Position numbers and translations under genes: made by a program | The notes under the pieces: model-generated | The model's input: only the letters and a program-made list of their open reading frames with translations | Told to the model about the DNA's origin: nothing | The model's database searches: none | Assembly (NCBI GenBank): GCA_009835395.1 | Contig: VXXM01000014.1 | Location: 3,091-67,090, forward strand | Direction: 5' to 3' | Length of the DNA: 64,000 nucleotides | From: Acidimicrobiia bacterium | Lineage (GTDB): Bacteria; Actinomycetota; Acidimicrobiia; Acidimicrobiales; CATQHL01 | Shown here: one piece after another, positions 39,803-48,678 of the stretch | Numbering within the stretch: the first letter of the stretch is position 1 | Layout of the letters: every line of letters starts with the position of its first letter

Positions 39803-40591
39803 TCAGATGACGAGGATGCGCCCGCAGGAGGGGCAGTTGGCCGTCCCCTTGTCGTCCTCTCCCGGGGGAGCCTCCCCCACCTCGGGAAGCCTTCGCAGCC
39901 GATCCACCTCCATGAGCGGCAGCGTCAGATGGCAACCCATGCAACTCGTCGCCTCGAGACGTGCCACCGCCACGCCGCCGATCTGGGAGCGGAGGCGCTC
40001 GTAGCGTTCAAGCAGGCCGGAATCCACGTCCTTGCCGACATCGGCGCGGGCGAGGCGCACCTGATCGAGTTCGGCGTCGATCTCGGCGGCCGCGGTCCCC
40101 AGCCGCACGTTGACCGAATCCATTCCGGCTCCCAGTTCCCGGTGGCTCTGGCTCAGCGACGCCAGTTCGGTGGCCGCGGCCTCGAGGTCTTCCATGACCT
40201 CCAGCAACTTGTCCTCGACCACGCGCTGACGCCTCCCGAGGGCGGCCACCTCCTCCTCGAGACTCTGCAACTCGCGGACTGCGGTGACCTCGCCGGAGTA
40301 GAGCAGGTTTCGCTCGCGGTCCCGTTTGGCCAGAACCAGTGCCAGATCGTCGTCATAGCGTCGTTGGAGCCGCTCCAACTCGGCGTGTTGCTGCCGGGCC
40401 GCCGCGATGCGCTCGGCGAGTTCCTCGCTCTGGCTCTCGAGTTCCCGTAACTCGGCCCGTTCGGGCAACTGCGCGTGGCGATGCTCGAGCTGCGCGATCC
40501 GGGTGTCGTGTGCTTGGAGTTCCAGGAGGCGTTCCAGAGGGTTCACGTCTCGCCGCTCGGTTCTCGCCTGTGCCTTGCCATTGCTGCTCAC
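39803..40591 (-). CDS. Coiled-coil / C4 zinc-ribbon domain protein (DUF164-like)
   Basis: LLELQAHDTRI, long coiled coil, YERLR..GG, CMGCHL, CPSCGRIL; usual rnpB neighbour in Actinomycetota. Confidence 0.9.
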   Translation of the reverse strand: MSSNGKAQARTERRDVNPLERLLELQAHDTRIAQLEHRHAQLPERAELRELESQSEELAERIAAARQQHAELERLQRRYDDDLALVLAKRDRERNLLYSGEVTAVRELQSLEEEVAALGRRQRVVEDKLLEVMEDLEAAATELASLSQSHRELGAGMDSVNVRLGTAAAEIDAELDQVRLARADVGKDVDSGLLERYERLRSQIGGVAVARLEATSCMGCHLTLPLMEVDRLRRLPEVGEAPPGEDDKGTANCPSCGRILVI

Positions 40592-40648
40592 GACCCTAAA
40601 CGAGACCGGTGGCGGCGCTCAACAACACCCTGGCCGATCCCCGGTCCC

Positions 40649-40740
40649 GAATGGACGACGCCCCGCCGAGGGGGGGACTTCGACGGGGCGTCCATTCACC
40701 ATCACGGCAGCCTGTGCCGGGGGTGAATTCCAGTGCCGCT
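40649..40740 (-). ncRNA. Candidate 6C-like small RNA (two stem-loops with C-rich loops)
   Basis: Minus-strand hairpin GAATGGACGCCCCG...C7 loop...CGGGGCGTCGTCCATTC (40649-40697), preceded by a weaker stem CGGCA...CCCCC...TGCCG. Confidence 0.35.
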
Positions 40741-40800
40741 AACACGGCAAATTGTGACGGGCAGGCTAACGAGCCCGCACCGCGCCCTCGCTGCCGGAGG

Positions 40801-40816
40801 TGTGACATCGGCCACA
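40801..40816. promoter_or_regulatory. CRP/GlxR-like binding site
   Basis: TGTGA-CATCGG-CCACA, a 9/10 match to TGTGA-N6-TCACA, in an intergenic region. Confidence 0.45.
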
Positions 40817-41017
40817 GCCGGCGCATCGCCGGAGGGCGGTCGGAGCCAGGTGACGTGCCGATTGGCCGGAACGACCGCGAGGGGTATACACTAGGCGTCG
40901 CGACCAAGTCGTCCTTCGGAGGGGATGGCGGGTCTGGAGAGAATCTCGCTGATCCCGGCTGCTCCAACAGTCCCAGGCCCGCCCCCTCCACCGCAAGCCC
41001 GCTCGCAGGGGATCCGG

Positions 41018-41092
41018 TGGGCGCTGGCGGACTCGAACCGCCGACCTCTTCCTTGTAAGGGAAGTGCTCTGGACCAACTGAGCTAAGCGCCC
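41018..41092 (-). tRNA. tRNA-Val(TAC)
   Basis: GGGCGCT acceptor stem, anticodon loop CTTACAA, T-loop GGTTCGAGTCC; CCA not encoded. Confidence 0.96.
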
Positions 41093-41103
41093 GGAACCGC
41101 AGG

Positions 41104-41847
41104 CTATCCACCGCACGCCTCGCGCAAGTCGGCCAGCAGGCTCCCGGTGGCCGCCGCCAGCAACCTCCGGCGGGCCCCCGCGTCGGTCGTCGTGAGTTCC
41201 CGACCCGCGGCGTCGACGATCTGTGCTCCCGCCTCCCGGCACACCAGCAGCGCCCCGAGATAGTCCCACGGTCCATGCGAGTGGCAGTCCACGAAACCGT
41301 CGAGGCGACCGTCGGCCACCGCGCACAGATCCAGCGCGGCGGCGCCGAATGCCCGGTACTGGCGCCAGCGGAGGTGCCGGGGCGGATAGCCGGAGAGACC
41401 GATGAGCGCCTCGGACAGACTGCCGACCGACGAGGGCCGGATAGGCCGGCCGTCCCGGTGGGCCCCGCCGCCGCGCGTCGCGCTGTAGCGCTCACCGGTG
41501 GCGAGGTTCACCACCAGCGCGGCAAGGGCCCCCCGGTCGTCCACCGCGCAGAAGCTCGTGGCATACCAGGGGATGCCCTGCGCCGCGTTGGTGGATCCGT
41601 CGAGAGGGTCGAGCACCACGATGACGGGGCGGTCCTCGCCCTGCAGCCCGGACTCCTCACTGCAGACCCCCAGTCCGGCCTCCAGCAGCGCTCCAGTGGC
41701 GACCTCATCGGCTGCGAGATCGGAGCGGTGCTGGCCAGGCCGGGTGCCCGCCAAACCCCAGTCCGCCAGCGACGCCAGGGTGGCGGCCACCGAGCGGGCG
41801 GTCTCGGTGAACAGCGACAGCAGGTCCTCCGGCGCGATGGGTGCCAC
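41104..41847 (-). CDS. Inositol monophosphatase / FBPase family protein
   Basis: SDLAADE, SEESG, DPLDGSTNA, GAAALDLC, PWDYLG. Start inferred. Confidence 0.85.
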   Translation of the reverse strand: MAPIAPEDLLSLFTETARSVAATLASLADWGLAGTRPGQHRSDLAADEVATGALLEAGLGVCSEESGLQGEDRPVIVVLDPLDGSTNAAQGIPWYATSFCAVDDRGALAALVVNLATGERYSATRGGGAHRDGRPIRPSSVGSLSEALIGLSGYPPRHLRWRQYRAFGAAALDLCAVADGRLDGFVDCHSHGPWDYLGALLVCREAGAQIVDAAGRELTTTDAGARRRLLAAATGSLLADLREACGG

Positions 41848-41923
41848 GCTAGGTCGACTCCCGGCACTCGCCTCGACAGCCCCGACCGCTAGGGTGGTCG
41901 CGCCCCGACGCCAGCGATCCCAC

Positions 41924-42505
41924 ATGCCGAGGAGCCGTCCATTGTCCATCGTCGACTTTCCCGGGTTCGTCACCGACCTGAAGTTCCACGCGGCCGACGG
42001 GGGTTTCCACTACCACGAGGATCATCACTGCATCGACATCACCACCGGACGCCAGTGGTGGGAGATCCAGTTGCACCCGGACTACGACTGCGACGGGCCT
42101 CTCGAACTGCACATCGTCGTCGACCTGGATCCCCGCATCCAGATCGCCTTCGAGGACGAGGTGAACAAGCTGCCCGAGGACGCCGAATGGCCCGAGGAGG
42201 GGTTCGACCTGATTGTGCGCTTCCACTGGCGGCTTCCACCGCTGCCGAACAGCCCCAACCTGCTGGAGTTGGCGACCGAGCTCTCCGCCATCGGGGGCAC
42301 CGCCCTGCCCCTGCACGTCTGGGCGGCGGACACCATCGCCACGGTCACCGACGACGTCGCCAGGACAGTGCACGTGGAGTCGGAGCGGGCGGTACCGCTG
42401 GCACACCTGGTCGGTGAGCACGACTTCCTCGACGAGACGTTCGGCCTGATCGGGACCGTCACCCGCTACCTGCACGATCGGGCGCCCGCCTGGTTGGGCG
42501 AGTAG
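41924..42505 (+). CDS. Hypothetical acidic protein
   Basis: C-terminal part of ORF 41498..42505 (IVDFPGFVTDLKFHA...); GC3-rich codons; no family recognised. Confidence 0.7.
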   Translation: MPRSRPLSIVDFPGFVTDLKFHAADGGFHYHEDHHCIDITTGRQWWEIQLHPDYDCDGPLELHIVVDLDPRIQIAFEDEVNKLPEDAEWPEEGFDLIVRFHWRLPPLPNSPNLLELATELSAIGGTALPLHVWAADTIATVTDDVARTVHVESERAVPLAHLVGEHDFLDETFGLIGTVTRYLHDRAPAWLGE

Positions 42506-42549
42506 CCCGCCGCGGCACGGCCGCGCGGCCGGATCCGCGCCTCGGGCCG

Positions 42550-42622
42550 TGGGCTCGGTGGGGATCGAACCCACGACCAAACGATTATGAGTCGTCTGCT
42601 CTGACCACTGAGCTACGAGCCC
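42550..42622 (-). tRNA. tRNA-Ile2(CAT) (lysidine type; elongator Met not excluded)
   Basis: GGGCTCGTAGCTCAGTGGTCAGAGCAGACGACTCATAATCGTTTGGTC...; anticodon arm resembles bacterial Ile2. Confidence 0.88.
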
Positions 42623-42666
42623 GGCGACAACCTAGCCCCCCGGTCGCGGCACGGCGGCCTCGCAAG

Positions 42667-42739
42667 CTCCGGGGGTGGGGCTCGAACCCACGACAAACGG
42701 CTTAACAGGCCGGCGCTCTGCCAACTGAGCTACCCCGGA
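42667..42739 (-). tRNA. tRNA-Asn(GTT)
   Basis: TCCGGGG acceptor stem, anticodon loop CTGTTAA, G discriminator. Confidence 0.95.
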
Positions 42740-42769
42740 TCGGACTCTCACGATACCAGCGGGACAAAC

Positions 42770-43696
42770 TCAGGATTCTCGCATGAGTTCCCGGAGTTCC
42801 TCCCCCAGACCGCTGCGGCGCAGCCGGGAAAGCGTGCGCGCCTCGATCAGGCGGAGGCGCTCCTTCGTGACACCGAACTGGCCGCTCAGTTCGGCCAGAG
42901 TCCTTATACGACCGTCGACGAGCCCGAACCGCAGGCGCAGGAGCCGCCGCACCCGTTCATCGTCCACCGCGGCGAGCGCCTCCTCGGCCGCCTCACGCAC
43001 GGCCGCGCTGTGCAGTCGCTCGATCACCACGTCGTCGGGACCCGAGTCGGGACCGTCGGTGAGCATCTCCGCCAGCGACGTGTCCTCGCCGACCGGCGAC
43101 TCGAGGGAGACAGGCGAGGCGCGCAACTCGCGCACCTGCGCAACCTGATCCTCGGAGATGTCGCAGTAGCGCGCCAGTTCGGCCAGCGTGGGCGCCCGAT
43201 GATTCTCCTGCTCGAACGCCTGCTCGGCGCGGTAGATCTGCGTCGCCGCCGCCGCCAGGTGGGACGGCATGCGCACCACCGCCGCCTGGTTCTTGATGGC
43301 ACCGAGCATGGCGCTGCGGATCCAGGATCCCGCGTAGGTCGAGAACCGCCAGCCCTTGTCGGGACGGAATCTGGCGGCGGCCGCCATGAGCCCCACGTTG
43401 CCCTCCTGGACGAGGTCGGCGAACGGAACCCCGCGCCCCTGGTAGCCCCTGGCGAGGTAGACGACGAGGCGTAGATTCGCCTCGGTCAACCGGCACCGTG
43501 CCGCCTCGCCTTCCCGCACCCGCCGCTGGAGCTCCTTGCGGGACGCCGCCTCCGGCTCATCGCCCCCATCGCCGTCCAGGATCGCCTGCGCCGCCAACCC
43601 GTCCTGCACCTTGCGGCCCAGGGCACACTCCTCCTCCGCGCTCAACTGCGCCAGGCGGCCGATGCCGCTGAGGTAGGTGGTGAAGCCTTCGGTCAT
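42770..43696 (-). CDS. Sigma-70 family factor (RpoD/SigB-like, no region 1.1, divergent)
   Basis: YLSGIGRLAQLSAEEE (1.2), ANLRLVV, DLVQEGNVGL, FSTYA, SLESPVG, LRFGL, GVTKERLR; ATG overlaps the dnaG stop. Confidence 0.9.
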   Translation of the reverse strand: MTEGFTTYLSGIGRLAQLSAEEECALGRKVQDGLAAQAILDGDGGDEPEAASRKELQRRVREGEAARCRLTEANLRLVVYLARGYQGRGVPFADLVQEGNVGLMAAAARFRPDKGWRFSTYAGSWIRSAMLGAIKNQAAVVRMPSHLAAAATQIYRAEQAFEQENHRAPTLAELARYCDISEDQVAQVRELRASPVSLESPVGEDTSLAEMLTDGPDSGPDDVVIERLHSAAVREAAEEALAAVDDERVRRLLRLRFGLVDGRIRTLAELSGQFGVTKERLRLIEARTLSRLRRSGLGEELRELMRES

Positions 43697-45486
43697 CGCT
43701 GCGGATCCTCGCCGGCGGACGACTCCTCGGCGAGCAGCAGGACCAGCCGCTCCGCGACTTCGGGGGGCCAGTTCTGGGTTCGCATCTCGGCGCAGGCGAG
43801 CTGAACCTCCGCCAAGCGCCGCCCGAGACCCGCGTCGCCGGTCGTCCGGGCCGTCCGCGTGACCTCGGTGATCCAGCGTGAGGCGGCGTCGAAGACGAAG
43901 CGGCCGGTCACCTGCTCGGCATGCTCGGGTATCTCCCGCACCGCGAGCCGCGCCAGCACCGTGGCGGCCTCGCCCTCGGCGACGTCGGTCAACTGCACCA
44001 GCGGCGTACCGTCCGCCAGCAGGCCGAAGATCCTGCCGTGGAGTTCGGAGGCGAAGAGCCCCGGGTCGATCCACGCCGGCAACTGCTCGGGGGCGTGCAT
44101 GCGCAGCAGCAGCATCTGCTCCTCGATGCTCGGCTCGGAAGGGAGCGACGTACCCGCCGCCGGTGCCCCCGGCCCGCCGTCGGGGCCGGAGTGCCGCCGC
44201 AGCCGCGCCACCTCCTCACGGAGGCGGTCCGGGGGCAGACGGCAATGGTCCGCCACCTCCATGAGGTACTGGTCCCGGACGATCGTGCTCGGGTGCTCGT
44301 CGATCACCGCCAGCGCCGCGTCGGCGGCGCGCACCCTGCCCTCGGTGGTGTTCATGTTGCCCCTCCCCAGCGCCCGATCGATCCGGTAGGCCAGGAAGGG
44401 GCGCGCCTCCGCCACGCGCTCCCGCAGGTCCTCGGGATCGCGGCGCGCCAGGTCGTCGGGATCGCTGCCCGCCGGCAGATCGGCCACGTACACGTCGAGT
44501 TGATGGGCCCTCTCCCACTGGTAGATACGCTCGGCCGCGGCGGAGCCCGCCGCATCGGCGTCGAAGGCCAGCACGATCCGGTCACAGAACCGCCGCATCG
44601 TCTTGACGTGATCCTCGGTCAGCGAGGTGCCGCAGGTGGCGACCGCTTGCGGCAGTTCGGCGGCGTGCAGCCCGATCACGTCGGTATATCCCTCGCAGAC
44701 GATCACCTCGCCGGCACGCACCATGGCCTCCTTCGCCCAGTTGAGACCGTAGAGCAGACGGCTCTTGGCGTACAGCGGCGACTCCGGGCTGTTCTTGTAC
44801 TTGGGCCCCGAGCGTTCACCGGCATCCGGCAGGATCCGACCGCCGAAACCGACCGGGTCGCCGCGCACGTCGAACACCGGGAACAGGACGCGGTTGCGGA
44901 AGTTGTCGATGAGCCCACCGCTGGAACTCACCACGGCCAGCCCCGTCTCGGTCAGAACCTCCGCGGAGGTCCTCGACCGCAGTGCCGCGAGGAGCGCGTC
45001 CCACGCCGACGGCGCCCAACCCACCTTGAAGCTCCGCACCTCGTCGCCGGTCAGGCCGCGGGATCGCAGGTAGCTGCGCGCCGCCCCGGCGTCGGGATGC
45101 TGCAGCAGCCGCTCGTGGTACCACTCCGTCGCCGCGGCCACCACCTCGGTCAGCTTCTTGCGCCGCCCGCTCTGCGCGGCCTCTCCCTTGCTGTCGTAGC
45201 GGAGGCTGATGCCGGCGCGGGCGGCCAGCATCTCCACGCTGGCGGCGAAATCGAGCCCTTCGGTCTGGCGCACGAAGGTGATGGCGTCACCCGAGGCGCG
45301 GCAGCCGAAGCAGTAGTAGAGCCCCTCCTCGGCGTTCACCGAGAACGACGGCGTCTTCTCGGAGTGGAAGGGGCAGAGGCCCTGCCAGCGCCGCCCCGAC
45401 TTGCGCAGCGCCACGGTGTTGCTGATGAGGCCGACGATGTCAGTGGCCTCGCGGACCCGGGCCACGTCCTCGGCCAGGATTCCCAC
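43693..45486 (-). CDS. dnaG: DNA primase
   Basis: CPFHSEKTPSF..CFGC zinc finger, GFGGR, KYKNSPE, EGYTDV, FDADAAG, DPDD. Confidence 0.97.
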   Translation of the reverse strand: MGILAEDVARVREATDIVGLISNTVALRKSGRRWQGLCPFHSEKTPSFSVNAEEGLYYCFGCRASGDAITFVRQTEGLDFAASVEMLAARAGISLRYDSKGEAAQSGRRKKLTEVVAAATEWYHERLLQHPDAGAARSYLRSRGLTGDEVRSFKVGWAPSAWDALLAALRSRTSAEVLTETGLAVVSSSGGLIDNFRNRVLFPVFDVRGDPVGFGGRILPDAGERSGPKYKNSPESPLYAKSRLLYGLNWAKEAMVRAGEVIVCEGYTDVIGLHAAELPQAVATCGTSLTEDHVKTMRRFCDRIVLAFDADAAGSAAAERIYQWERAHQLDVYVADLPAGSDPDDLARRDPEDLRERVAEARPFLAYRIDRALGRGNMNTTEGRVRAADAALAVIDEHPSTIVRDQYLMEVADHCRLPPDRLREEVARLRRHSGPDGGPGAPAAGTSLPSEPSIEEQMLLLRMHAPEQLPAWIDPGLFASELHGRIFGLLADGTPLVQLTDVAEGEAATVLARLAVREIPEHAEQVTGRFVFDAASRWITEVTRTARTTGDAGLGRRLAEVQLACAEMRTQNWPPEVAERLVLLLAEESSAGEDPQR

Positions 45487-45627
45487 GTTCAGCCTCCGCC
45501 GGCGCCCGGACCTGCGGCAACGGTGGCCTGGGGCAGGCGGGAGAGGGTCATGCCGGCAAGTTACCAGCCGTCATTTTCCCCGGCCCGGGGTCGCCCGCGC
45601 CGCGCCGCCGGCGGCGGCGTCCCGGAC

Positions 45628-47001
45628 TCAGCGGGCGAGCCGTTCGTGCAGGTATCCCACCAGGTCGGCGATCGCCAGACGGTCCTGGGCCATCGAGTCC
45701 CGCTCCCGCACGGTCACCGCGCCGTCCTCCAACGTCTCGAAGTCCACCGTCACGCAGTACGGGGTGCCCAACTCGTCTTGGCGGCGGTAGCGGCGGCCGA
45801 TGGACTGCGTCACGTCGAAATCCACCATCCAGTGCGGCGCCAGCCTCCCCAGCACCTCCCTCGCCCGTTCGATGAGATGCTCCTTCTTCGACAGCGGCAG
45901 CACCGCCACCTGGTACGGGGCGAGGCGGTGGTGCAGGCGGAGCACGGTCCGGTTCTCGCCGCGCACCTCCTCGGTGTGGTAGGCGGCCAGCAGGAATGCC
46001 ATCATGGCCCTCGTCGCCCCCGCCGCCGGTTCGATCACGTGTGGCACGTAGCGCTCCTCGGTGGCGGGGTCGAAGTACTCCAGTTTCTCGCCCGAGTGCT
46101 CGGCGTGGCGCCGCAGGTCGTAGTCGGTCCGGTTCGCCACGCCCTCCAGTTCGCCCCAGCCCCAGGGATAGCGGAACTCCACGTCGGAGGTGGCGTCGGA
46201 GTAGTGGCTGCGCTCGTCGGGGCCGTGGGGGCGCAGCCGCAGCAGGTCCTCGGGGATGCCCAGGTCCACGTACCAGCGCAGCCGCTCGGCGCACCAGTAC
46301 TCGAACCACCGGGAGGCCTCGGCGGGAGGCACGAAGAACTCCAACTCCATCTGCTCGAACTCCCGCGTGCGGAAGATGAAGTTGCCGGGAGTGATCTCGT
46401 TGCGGAACGACTTGCCGATCTGGGCGATACCGAAGGGGGGCCGCAGCCGGCACGCCCGCTGCACGTTGGCGAAGTTCACGAACATGCCCTGGGCGGTCTC
46501 GGGCCGCAGGTAGACCTCGGCGCCGGTCTCGACCACCGGTCCGGCATGGGTGCGGAACATGAGGTTGAACTGCCGGGGCTCGCTAAAGGCCCCCCGCGCG
46601 CCGCACTCGGGACAGCGCTCGGAATCCTCGAGCTGGTCCTCCCGGAAGCGGTGCCCGCACTCGCGGCACTCAACCAGCGGATCGGTGAAGCTCTCCAGGT
46701 GGCCCGACGCCTCCCAGACCGCCGGCGGCGAGAGGATCGCGGCGTCGATCCCCACGACGTCCGGGCGCAGCTGCACCATGGCACGCCACCAGGCCTCCTT
46801 CACGTTGCGCAGCATGAGGGCGCCGACCGGGCCATAGTCGTAGGTGGACCGGAAGCCGCCGTATATCTCCGCCGACTGGAAGACGAAGCCGCGCCGCTTG
46901 CACAGGTTCACCACGGCGTCGAGGCGCTCGCCGCTCTGCTCGGCGGCCCGATCACGCGCCGGGGTGTCACCGGTGGCTTCCGAAGGGGCTGTCTCGACCA
47001 C
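45628..47001 (-). CDS. glyQS: Glycine--tRNA ligase (alpha2 type)
   Basis: KRRGF, YDYGP, LRPETAQG, GKSFRNEITP, RTREFEQME, IGRRYRRQDE. Confidence 0.97.
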   Translation of the reverse strand: MVETAPSEATGDTPARDRAAEQSGERLDAVVNLCKRRGFVFQSAEIYGGFRSTYDYGPVGALMLRNVKEAWWRAMVQLRPDVVGIDAAILSPPAVWEASGHLESFTDPLVECRECGHRFREDQLEDSERCPECGARGAFSEPRQFNLMFRTHAGPVVETGAEVYLRPETAQGMFVNFANVQRACRLRPPFGIAQIGKSFRNEITPGNFIFRTREFEQMELEFFVPPAEASRWFEYWCAERLRWYVDLGIPEDLLRLRPHGPDERSHYSDATSDVEFRYPWGWGELEGVANRTDYDLRRHAEHSGEKLEYFDPATEERYVPHVIEPAAGATRAMMAFLLAAYHTEEVRGENRTVLRLHHRLAPYQVAVLPLSKKEHLIERAREVLGRLAPHWMVDFDVTQSIGRRYRRQDELGTPYCVTVDFETLEDGAVTVRERDSMAQDRLAIADLVGYLHERLAR

Positions 47002-47010
47002 GCCCGCAGG

Positions 47011-47835
47011 CTACCGGTGGGCGCGACGCCCTCTCGCCTCGGCGCTGCGGCCCCCCGCGGCGCCGACGGGCCCGAGCAGCGGCGGCACGCGCAGACGTCG
47101 CTCGATGTGCTGCTCCAGCACCGCCACGCCGAGTCGCTCCACGGCCTCGGCGGCCGTCCCCTCCGGCCGTGCCAGGGCGTCGGCAAGACGCCCCCCGAGG
47201 ATCTCCCGCAGGACCGTGACGGTCTCGGCGTCGACTGCCGGCGCCGCCGGTGGCCGGCACCTCCGGCAGGCCAGGCCGCCGTGGGCGATGTCGAGGGCGA
47301 CGAACTCGGCGACCGCGCCGCAGTGCACGCAGCGCTCGACGTCCGGCGCCACTCCTTCGAGTTGCGCCAGGCGCCACAGGAAAGCACCGACGCTGAGCAC
47401 CGACGGGTGACTCACCAGCGACTGCAGCCCGCGCAGCAACCTGTCGTAGAGGTCGGGCGCCGGTGTCCGCTCGAGGGTCAGACGATCGACGGCCTCCAGC
47501 ATCGCCATCGCCCGGCCGAGGAGCACGAGGTCCTCCCGAAGAGCGGTGAGCTGCTCCACGTTGCCCGCACTGTCCGCGCCGGTGATGGTGTCGAGTTCTC
47601 CCCGGCCCCGCCACAGCGAGATGTCGACGAGACTCGCCGGCTCCAGACGTGCCCCGAATCGGCTGCGGGTGCGGCGAACGCCCTTCGCCACACCGCGGAT
47701 CTTGCCGTGATCCCGCCCCAGCAGGACGATGATGCGGTCCGCCTCGGCGAGGCGGTAGGTCCGCAGCACCACCGCCCGATCCCGGTACGGGCCGGTCCAG
47801 TCGGGCGCGCTCACGGGTACGCCTGCGGAGGCCAT
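47011..47835 (-). CDS. recO: DNA repair protein RecO
   Basis: VVLRTYRLAEADRI, VAKGVRRTRSRFGARLEP, CVHCG...CRRC. Confidence 0.93.
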   Translation of the reverse strand: MASAGVPVSAPDWTGPYRDRAVVLRTYRLAEADRIIVLLGRDHGKIRGVAKGVRRTRSRFGARLEPASLVDISLWRGRGELDTITGADSAGNVEQLTALREDLVLLGRAMAMLEAVDRLTLERTPAPDLYDRLLRGLQSLVSHPSVLSVGAFLWRLAQLEGVAPDVERCVHCGAVAEFVALDIAHGGLACRRCRPPAAPAVDAETVTVLREILGGRLADALARPEGTAAEAVERLGVAVLEQHIERRLRVPPLLGPVGAAGGRSAEARGRRAHR

Positions 47836-47848
47836 GCCCGGCAGCCGC

Positions 47849-48568
47849 TCACCTCTGCAGCCCCCCGAAGCGGCGCTCGCGTCGCTGGTACTCGGCGACC
47901 GCCTCGAACAGGTGGGCCCGGCCGAAGTCGGGCCAGAGCACGTCCAGGAACACCATCTCGCTGTAGGCCACCTGCCAGAGCAGGAAGTTGGAGAGGCGAT
48001 GCTCGCCGGAGGTCCGGATCACCACGTCGGGGTCGGGCATGTCGGCGGTGGTGAGATTGGCGCGGATGGTCTGCTCGGTGACCTCGTCGGGCGGCATCCC
48101 GGAGGCGACGATCCTGCGCACCGCCTCGGTCAACTCCGCCCGACCTCCGTAGTTGAACGCCACGGTCAGCGTGAGTCGCTCGTTGGCGGCAGTGAGTTCG
48201 GCCGCCGCATCCATCTCCGCCAGCAGGCTCCGGGCGAGGCGGCGGTCGCGCCCGCCGATGAACCGCAGCCGCACGCCGCGCTCGTGCATCTCGTCGCGCC
48301 TCGCCGCCAGGATCGACCGGTTGAAGTCCAGCAGGAATCGCACCTCGTCGCGCGGCCGGGTCCAGTTCTCCGTCGAGAAGGCATAGACGGTCAACCACTG
48401 CACACCGATCTCCAACGCCCCGTCGACAGTGTCGAACAGGGCGTCCAGCCCGGCCTCGTGTCCGGCGGTGCGCGGCAGCCCGCGCCGCGCCGCCCAGCGC
48501 CCGTTGCCGTCCATGACGCACGCCACGTGCGCCGGCACGGCGGAGAGATCAACAGCGGAATCGCTCAT
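47849..48568 (-). CDS. uppS: Undecaprenyl diphosphate synthase (cis-prenyltransferase)
   Basis: HVACVMDGNGRWA, YAFSTENW, NYGGR, IRTSGEHRLSNFLLWQ. Confidence 0.96.
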   Translation of the reverse strand: MSDSAVDLSAVPAHVACVMDGNGRWAARRGLPRTAGHEAGLDALFDTVDGALEIGVQWLTVYAFSTENWTRPRDEVRFLLDFNRSILAARRDEMHERGVRLRFIGGRDRRLARSLLAEMDAAAELTAANERLTLTVAFNYGGRAELTEAVRRIVASGMPPDEVTEQTIRANLTTADMPDPDVVIRTSGEHRLSNFLLWQVAYSEMVFLDVLWPDFGRAHLFEAVAEYQRRERRFGGLQR

Positions 48569-48678
48569 GGGGCACCTGTGGGGCAACTCGGCACAGCGCC
48601 GTTCGTCAACGTCATTTGTAGCAGTACCCGCGCCCGATGAGTGGCCTGCCGTGCCGGGGGGATTGTTACCCTGCGGGA

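Noticed and set aside
40900-41010. SRP (4.5S) RNA
   Set aside because: The conserved CAGG..GNAA..AGCAG domain IV motif is not present on either strand.
40596-42770. tRNA-anchored genomic island or prophage
   Set aside because: No integrase and no duplicated tRNA 3' end seen in the window.
43921-48054. Very long plus-strand ORF (1377 aa) and similar antisense ORFs (e.g. 3..896, 26234..28330, 48565..51393, 59543..61978)
   Set aside because: Shadow frames of well-supported genes on the opposite strand, expected at high GC; no recognisable motifs.
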